DNA of 64,000 nucleotides from Asterias rubens (taxonomy: Eukaryota). Position 1 is the stretch's first letter. Each line of letters begins with the position of its first letter. Both the position numbers and the translations under genes were made by a program. Below are positions 61,401 through 64,000 of the stretch, piece by piece. The stretch covers positions 3,906,001 through 3,970,000 of the forward strand of contig NC_047077.1 in NCBI RefSeq assembly GCF_902459465.1, read 5' to 3'. The notes under the pieces were generated by a model. That model ran no database searches. It saw only the letters and a program-made list of their open reading frames with translations, and was not told where the DNA came from.

Positions 61401-62581
61401 ACTTGATATCTGATATCACAACATGATGTGCTATTGATTCAGTGTTAACAAGGGACTTGATATCTGATATCACAACATGATGTGCTATTGGTTCAGTGTT
61501 AACAAGGGACTTGATATCTGGTATCACAACATGATGTGCTATTGATTCAGTGTTAACAAGGGACTTGATATCTGATATCACAACATGATGTGCTATTGGT
61601 TCAGTGTTAACAAGGGACTTGATATCTGGTATCACAACATGATGTGCTATTGGTTCAGTGTTAACAAGGGACTTGATATCTGGTATCACAACATGATGTG
61701 CTATTGGTTCAGTGTTAACAAGGGACTTGATATCTGGTATCACAACATGATGTGCTATTGGTTCAGTGTTAACAAGGGACTTGATATCTGGTATCACAAC
61801 ATAATGTGCTATTGGTTCAGTGTTAACAAGGGACTTGATATCTGGTATCACAACATGATGTGCTATTGGTTCAGTGTTAACAAGGGACTTGATATCTGAT
61901 ATCACAACATCTTGTGCTATTGATTCAGTGTTAACAAGGGACTTGATATCTGATATCACAACATGATGTGCTATTGGTTCAGTGTTAACAAGGGACTTGA
62001 TATCTGGTATCACAACATGATGTGCTATTGGTTCAGTGTTAACAAGGGACTTGATATTTGGTTTTACAACATGATGTGCTATTGGTTCAGTGTTAACAAG
62101 GGACTTAATATCTGGTATCACAACATGATGTGCTATTGGTTCAGTGTTAACAAGGGACTTGATATCTGATATCACAACATGATGTGCTATTGGTTCAGTG
62201 TTAACAAGGGACTTGATATCTGGTATCACAACATGATGTGCTATTGGTTCAGTGTTAACAAGGGACTTGATATCTGATATCACAACATGATGTGCTATTG
62301 GTTCAGTGTTAACAAGGGACTTGATATCTGGTATCACAACATGATGTGCTACTCGCAGTTTCCATAAGGATGATAATAAAGAGCTTTGGCAGTCTTGGGT
62401 TACACCGAAAAAAATATAATGTTTTCAAACTTGATTTGAAGCAAGTAATACTTTGATATAGTACTTACCAATACTTGAGATATCTCGCAACTGTTCCTTT
62501 TCTGACAGCATGTTGTTACACAAATTGTCAACAATCGTTTCAACTTGATACTCTTTCACTTTTGAAACAAGTGGACCAAGG
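19325..62581 (-). CDS. CAND1: Cullin-associated NEDD8-dissociated protein 1, 5'-partial spliced CDS (30 exons, 3508 nt in window)
   Basis: The exons translate into the conserved CAND1 HEAT-repeat sequence ([17 protein letters not shown]...[16 protein letters not shown]...[14 protein letters not shown]...[15 protein letters not shown]...[33 protein letters not shown]...[13 protein letters not shown]...). All introns are GT-AG with consistent phase. I did not find the N-terminal ~70 aa in the window. Confidence 0.97.
19618..19764 (-). CDS. CAND1: CAND1 exon ac
   Basis: [49 protein letters not shown]. Confidence 0.97.
19820..20195 (-). mobile_element. tRNA-headed SINE, family 2 (L2-type tail)
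   Basis: A/B-box-like head, gtgtccttgagcaag central motif, and tail aagcgccttgagcg...tata. A partial copy lies at 44335-44527. Confidence 0.75.
20732..20941. repeat. 22-bp minisatellite, ~9.5 copies
   Basis: aaaatgcccatacaacggtctc. Confidence 0.95.
21415..21475 (-). CDS. CAND1: CAND1 exon ab
   Basis: [20 protein letters not shown]. Confidence 0.95.
22670..22780 (-). CDS. CAND1: CAND1 exon aa
   Basis: [37 protein letters not shown]. Confidence 0.97.
23048..24430. repeat. 42-bp minisatellite, ~33 copies
   Basis: cttgttctgatccacatctaccaatcatgaacatagaaccta, with a higher-order 587-bp period. Confidence 0.97.
24525..24826 (+). mobile_element. MITE family B copy, 5'-truncated
   Basis: Body matches the 27092 and 30794 copies and ends gtgtacagtgcct. 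Confidence 0.7.
25406..25757. repeat. 49-bp minisatellite, ~7 copies
   Basis: cacactgtgttgggcacaaatgcagccacagcagtgagggaataaacag. Starts 13 nt inside the intron after the donor at 25770. Confidence 0.95.
25771..25842 (-). CDS. CAND1: CAND1 exon z
   Basis: [24 protein letters not shown]. Confidence 0.97.
26313..26501 (-). CDS. CAND1: CAND1 exon y
   Basis: [49 protein letters not shown]...ETKVR. Confidence 0.96.
26519..26772. repeat. 22-bp minisatellite, ~11.5 copies
   Basis: aagatcagttaatc(a/t)agatttc. Ends 17 nt before the CAND1 exon that starts at 26501. Confidence 0.95.
26800..27087 (+). mobile_element. tRNA-headed SINE, family 1
   Basis: A box tggccgagtgg at 26809, B box ggttcaaatcc at 26868, then the gtgtccttgagcaag...ttcacccagggg...ggtacc central domain. 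Confidence 0.82.
27092..27460 (+). mobile_element. MITE family B (ttaa|aggcactgga...), inserted in a SINE tail
   Basis: Internal sequence shared with 24525-24826, 30794-31163 and 62630-62940. Confidence 0.75.
27553..27627 (-). CDS. CAND1: CAND1 exon x
   Basis: [25 protein letters not shown]. Confidence 0.93.
28153..28267 (-). CDS. CAND1: CAND1 exon w
   Basis: [38 protein letters not shown]. Confidence 0.96.
28628..28695 (-). CDS. CAND1: CAND1 exon v
   Basis: [22 protein letters not shown](W). Confidence 0.92.
29556..29659 (-). CDS. CAND1: CAND1 exon u
   Basis: [35 protein letters not shown]. Confidence 0.96.
30284..30378 (-). CDS. CAND1: CAND1 exon t
   Basis: [31 protein letters not shown]. 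Confidence 0.95.
30794..31163 (+). mobile_element. MITE family B copy
   Basis: ttaa|aggtactgg ... gtgtccagtgcct, same body as the 27092 copy. Confidence 0.8.
31233..31300 (-). CDS. CAND1: CAND1 exon s
   Basis: [22 protein letters not shown]. Confidence 0.94.
31540..31865 (+). mobile_element. LINE L2-clade 3' fragment
   Basis: Frameshifted C-terminus [40 protein letters not shown]...FKKLLK..LF followed by a gagcgcc...ctatataaa tail. Confidence 0.8.
32276..32371 (-). CDS. CAND1: CAND1 exon r
   Basis: [32 protein letters not shown]. Confidence 0.95.
33193..33344 (-). CDS. CAND1: CAND1 exon q
   Basis: [15 protein letters not shown]...AVHKQ. Confidence 0.95.
33989..34102. mobile_element. PIF/Harbinger-type MITE (TTA TSD)
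   Basis: tta|agcccggatcatac ... gtatgaaccgagct|tta. Related sequences at ~21035, 31358-31507 and ~48085. Confidence 0.65.
34136..34336 (-). CDS. CAND1: CAND1 exon p
   Basis: [29 protein letters not shown]...LIKSPLLQ. Confidence 0.95.
35174..35273 (-). CDS. CAND1: CAND1 exon o
   Basis: [33 protein letters not shown]. Confidence 0.95.
36016..36181 (-). CDS. CAND1: CAND1 exon n
   Basis: GQVLCNLGD...[34 protein letters not shown]. Confidence 0.96.
36381..36498 (-). CDS. CAND1: CAND1 exon m
   Basis: [12 protein letters not shown]...[18 protein letters not shown]. Confidence 0.95.
36989..38347. repeat. 97-bp minisatellite x14
   Basis: ataatggtgaactatcttgccc...cacagcttcctgt, near-identical copies. 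Confidence 0.97.
38434..38527 (-). CDS. CAND1: CAND1 exon l
   Basis: [31 protein letters not shown]. Confidence 0.95.
39798..39909 (-). CDS. CAND1: CAND1 exon k
   Basis: [37 protein letters not shown]. Only the last of 7 tandem acceptors keeps the frame. Confidence 0.92.
39853..40345 (-). repeat. 67-bp minisatellite x7.3 made of the CAND1 exon k acceptor plus 57 nt of exon
   Basis: Unit on the - strand: gttcctatag|agacaagaatagcagttccaatatgaagattgacaccttgtctttcttgaattgttt. Confidence 0.97.
40855..41243. mobile_element. MITE family A copy 4 (CAND1 intron)
   Basis: Same TIRs, TTAA flanks and central hairpin. Confidence 0.88.
41770..41955 (-). CDS. CAND1: CAND1 exon j
   Basis: [32 protein letters not shown]...IPGIQFSL. 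Confidence 0.95.
42661..42787. mobile_element. Harbinger/Tourist-like MITE (TAA TSD)
   Basis: taa|ggccttgtgcaaaac ... gtttgggacacgacc|taa, with inner cggctacaactacggctagatc IR. A relative lies at ~63775-63895. Confidence 0.55.
42830..42944 (-). CDS. CAND1: CAND1 exon i
   Basis: [23 protein letters not shown]...DPDSMEHED. Confidence 0.95.
43516..43708. repeat. 59-bp tandem repeat x3.3
   Basis: actcagatgccccttcaatactgtcaataatgcactccatacattactctaacactctg. Confidence 0.95.
44144..44298 (-). CDS. CAND1: CAND1 exon h
   Basis: [35 protein letters not shown]...ALIARFK. Confidence 0.96.
44820..46870 (-). mobile_element. Non-LTR retrotransposon with RT and restriction-like endonuclease (R2/NeSL-type), 5'-truncated and degenerate
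   Basis: [40 protein letters not shown], APxKPxQK, a C-terminal zinc-knuckle region with RHNKI, PDLV, and LVMGARG. Frameshifts, stops and an internal RT deletion are present. Confidence 0.85.
47572..47678 (-). CDS. CAND1: CAND1 exon g
   Basis: [35 protein letters not shown]. Confidence 0.95.
48384..48440 (-). CDS. CAND1: CAND1 exon f
   Basis: [19 protein letters not shown]. Confidence 0.95.
48756..48864 (-). CDS. CAND1: CAND1 exon e
   Basis: [37 protein letters not shown]. Confidence 0.95.
48995..49354 (-). mobile_element. tRNA-headed SINE, family 1, full length with L2-type tail
   Basis: Head ggggtgtcgtggccgagtgg...gggttcgaatccc, same central domain as the 26800 copy, tail aagcgctatataaaaa...(tattct)n. 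A decayed copy lies at ~33620-33870. Confidence 0.85.
49549..53630 (-). repeat. 37-41-bp minisatellite, ~68 copies, made of the CAND1 exon d 3' end plus donor; split by a transposon
   Basis: Unit on the - strand: (ta)n(t/c)agtgcattggtgctatca(g/a)|gttagttgcatacca. Confidence 0.97.
49698..51090. mobile_element. 1.39-kb non-autonomous DNA transposon
   Basis: ~33-bp TIR gtgacccgctct(a/g)acg(a/g)aatgagga(t/a)tgtctagt. The TSD reads as ATAT (or TA if the TIR includes one more T). No transposase ORF. Confidence 0.88.
53605..53731 (-). CDS. CAND1: CAND1 exon d
   Basis: [19 protein letters not shown]...[12 protein letters not shown]|gttagt. Confidence 0.93.
54575..54740 (-). CDS. CAND1: CAND1 exon c
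   Basis: [23 protein letters not shown]...[12 protein letters not shown]. Confidence 0.95.
54761..55277 (-). repeat. 44-bp minisatellite, ~12 copies, made of the CAND1 exon b 3' end plus donor
   Basis: Unit on the - strand: agactgaccaatgcaatagccaag|gtaatcccatgtgggtccat. The true junction is agactgaccaatgcaatagcaaag|gtaatcacat at 60812. Confidence 0.96.
55620..56106 (-). mobile_element. R4/Dong-type non-LTR retrotransposon 3' end (RLE domain), inactivated
   Basis: [62 protein letters not shown], with an in-frame TAG and a frameshift. Cut off by the gap. Confidence 0.82.
56107..56238. other. Assembly gap (132 N)
   Basis: Run of N. Confidence 1.
56570..57295 (+). pseudogene. BEL/Pao gag fragment (DUF1759-like)
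   Basis: [38 protein letters not shown]....GY.RA..IL.ERFG. Truncated before the zinc knuckles and protease. Confidence 0.8.
57820..59289 (+). CDS. BEL/Pao integrase region (uninterrupted 489-codon ORF)
   Basis: [25 protein letters not shown]-x4-H/C-x2-C zinc finger, DVFGP..SDQGTNF..EAE triad, and a DUF5641-like tail W..LARV...GRDGLVRSV. Confidence 0.88.
   Translation: MMCHYSSWYSMKRGLAWLIRFGKFVRGQGHKGRLSVEEVRHATAVLIRKSQSMSFAPEIERLQQGKPVKLSSSLSTLNPFLDDEGLVRVGGRLKESNMKEKHPHIISGSHVVATAVVRDVHNLAHVGVEWVLGLVRRSFWLIGARRLVKRVGKACVTCKRLYAKPCVQIMADLPRERLEDNKPPFTYVGVDVFGPFHVKYGRSEIKRYGCLFTCLSIRAVHVEKLDSLDTDSFLNGFRRFASRRGHPEVVFSDQGTNFVGGETELRNSIKKLPRKFIDAYAVKESIIWHFNPPTASHMGGVWERMIGVIKRVMMAILPRSVKLTDEILETVFCEAESIVNGRPLSKISDNLDDFSPLTPSCLLLLRNGSRLPPGKFDHLDRYGRRWKHVQHLANQFWRKWLRLYLPELQKRSKWFKVTNCLAVGDLVLITDEMTPRNLWPLARVIAVTTGRDGLVRSVKVKTRTTELVCPITKIVLLESASSVDTEINV
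60770..60800. repeat. (TAA)n microsatellite
   Basis: attattattattattattattataattatta, lying between the LTR end and the CAND1 donor. Confidence 0.9.
60812..60912 (-). CDS. CAND1: CAND1 exon b
   Basis: [34 protein letters not shown]|gtaatc. Confidence 0.94.
61231..62351. repeat. 54-bp minisatellite, ~21 copies
   Basis: aacaagggacttgatatctggtatcacaacatgatgtgctattggttcagtgtt. Confidence 0.97.
62469..62581 (-). CDS. CAND1: CAND1 exon a (first in window)
   Basis: [37 protein letters not shown]. Confidence 0.95.
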
Positions 62582-62629
62582 CTGTAATAAAGAAAAGCCA
62601 GGGGTTCAAAGTAAGTTTGTTTTTATTAA

Positions 62630-62940
62630 AGGCACTGGGTCAATACTCATAATAATTATTAGTATGAAAACTTACTTAGTAATAGTATAAAACATTGTGA
62701 GAAACGGCTTCCTTTGAGATAGAAGTAATTTGTTACTCAAATATATAAATGCTTCAGGCATGAAGTCTTTTAACATTTTTTTAGGCATCTGAAAGCACAC
62801 AAATTTGTGCAACAAGGGCAACTTCAATTATTACTTGAGTCAACATTTTCACAGATTTGTTGTTTTATGCATGTTTGGATACACCAAGTGAGAATACTAG
62901 TCTTATGACGATTACCATAGGTTTCCAAATTCCACTGTCT
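62630..62940 (-). mobile_element. MITE family B copy, opposite orientation
   Basis: ttaa|aggcactgg ... tccactgtct|ttaa, with reverse-complement body. Confidence 0.75.
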
Positions 62941-63179
62941 TTAAGGCAAGCAGAAATAGTAACACAGATTTTTTAGTTAACCTTAAGATTTCAGTGCCCC
63001 AAGAAAGTAATAACACTTTAACACACGGCAACGACCCTACCGGTTTTAAATGGCCGTTGACAAACTCGTCACTACCCTTTTATTCCCTTATTATAAGGAT
63101 TGTGTTAAAAGAGCACTAGGCTGCTACAATTTTGAATCTGCATTGTCCTTACCGTATAAACGATGTGAAATTTGCGTTG

Positions 63180-63660
63180 GGGATAAAGAATATTATTTAT
63201 TAAACTTGGTTTTTACCAATACACCGATGTGTGTTAGCACTGTATACCCAGTACTCCCCCCACCCCCCCCCCCCCCCCCCCCCCGAGTCCTGTGAAAAAA
63301 ATATAACAGGCATATTACTCGGGTGGGATTCAAACCCACGACCCTTGCAATTCTAGAGCAGTGTCTTACCAACTAGACTACTGAGGTTGCTCGATAGCTA
63401 AAGGCAGTTTGAATCCTATGTTTTGGCAGCGGGTACCGCAAAATATAAAAGATGTTAAAGAATATTGATAAATATAATATGGATAAAGAATATTGGTTTT
63501 TACCCATACACCGATGTGTGTTAGCACTGTATACTCAGTACTTTCCCAAGTCCTGTGAAAAGTATCACAGGCATATTACTTATAAAGCGCCTTACATCCA
63601 TGACTGGACACCAAGGCGACTACTGAGATTGCCCGGTAGCTAGATGCAGATTGAATCATG
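63180..63660 (-). mobile_element. Two tandem copies of a third tRNA-headed SINE-like family
   Basis: Shared body at ~63183-63410 and ~63483-63660. The first has the head tagtctagttggtaagac...gtgggtttgaatccc. Confidence 0.65.
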
Positions 63661-64000
63661 TTTTGGCAGCATAATACCGTGTTTATGTTGCCTGTTTAAC
63701 CATGGCCGTAAGAGTTTCCCTTGAGCAATCAGAATGGATGAACTGTCTGAAGTAATTATGAATCTTAACATCCCCTTCTTAACGACTACGGCTACGGCTA
63801 GATTTCCACATCACCATGCCTTGAGGTATAGGACATTCTTAGCAATACCGTTAGCAAGAGCCAGAGCCATACCCGCCAATTCAGATTTGACCTTATACTA
63901 AGCAAGTTCATTTATACTGTAAAATGCTAATATTGTATCAAGATGATTGCACATGGAATCAGACAAGTTTAATACAAATTCCCAAACTTGCTTAATAACA

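Noticed and set aside
18033-62351. Long direct-repeat arrays as CRISPR arrays
   Set aside because: Units are contiguous with no unique spacers, there are no cas genes, and the context is eukaryotic and intronic
63320-63400. Amber-suppressor-like tRNA (CTCTAGA loop, - strand)
   Set aside because: It is the head of a duplicated SINE-like repeat and has no proper acceptor stem

Overview
This is eukaryotic animal genomic DNA. The intron-rich genes and repeat landscape look like a marine invertebrate deuterostome, probably an echinoderm (inference only). I rebuilt two convergent spliced genes by hand, and every splice phase is consistent. (1) RPLP0/uL10 is on the + strand and complete: a non-coding exon 1 at ~3126-3150 and 9 coding exons from 6026 to 12685, 313 aa. 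(2) CAND1 is on the - strand: 30 coding exons from 62581 down to the stop at 19325, ~1168 aa in the window, with the first ~70 aa lying beyond 64000. The introns carry about a dozen unrelated minisatellites, many MITEs and tRNA-headed SINEs. They also hold an L2 3' fragment, an R2/NeSL-type and an R4/Dong-type RLE retrotransposon fragment, and an internally deleted BEL/Pao LTR element next to a 132-N gap. Two observations stand out. First, three CAND1 minisatellites are tandem copies of the gene's own exon/intron junctions (7 acceptors, ~68 donors, ~12 donors), and any decoy site would give a non-productive mRNA. Second, RPLP0 intron 6 is divided every ~200-245 nt by back-to-back 3'ss|GT junctions, which suggests recursive splicing or a poison exon, with hairpin/ACA elements in between. 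I found no CRISPR array, rRNA or genuine tRNA gene. No database searches or folding programs were run.
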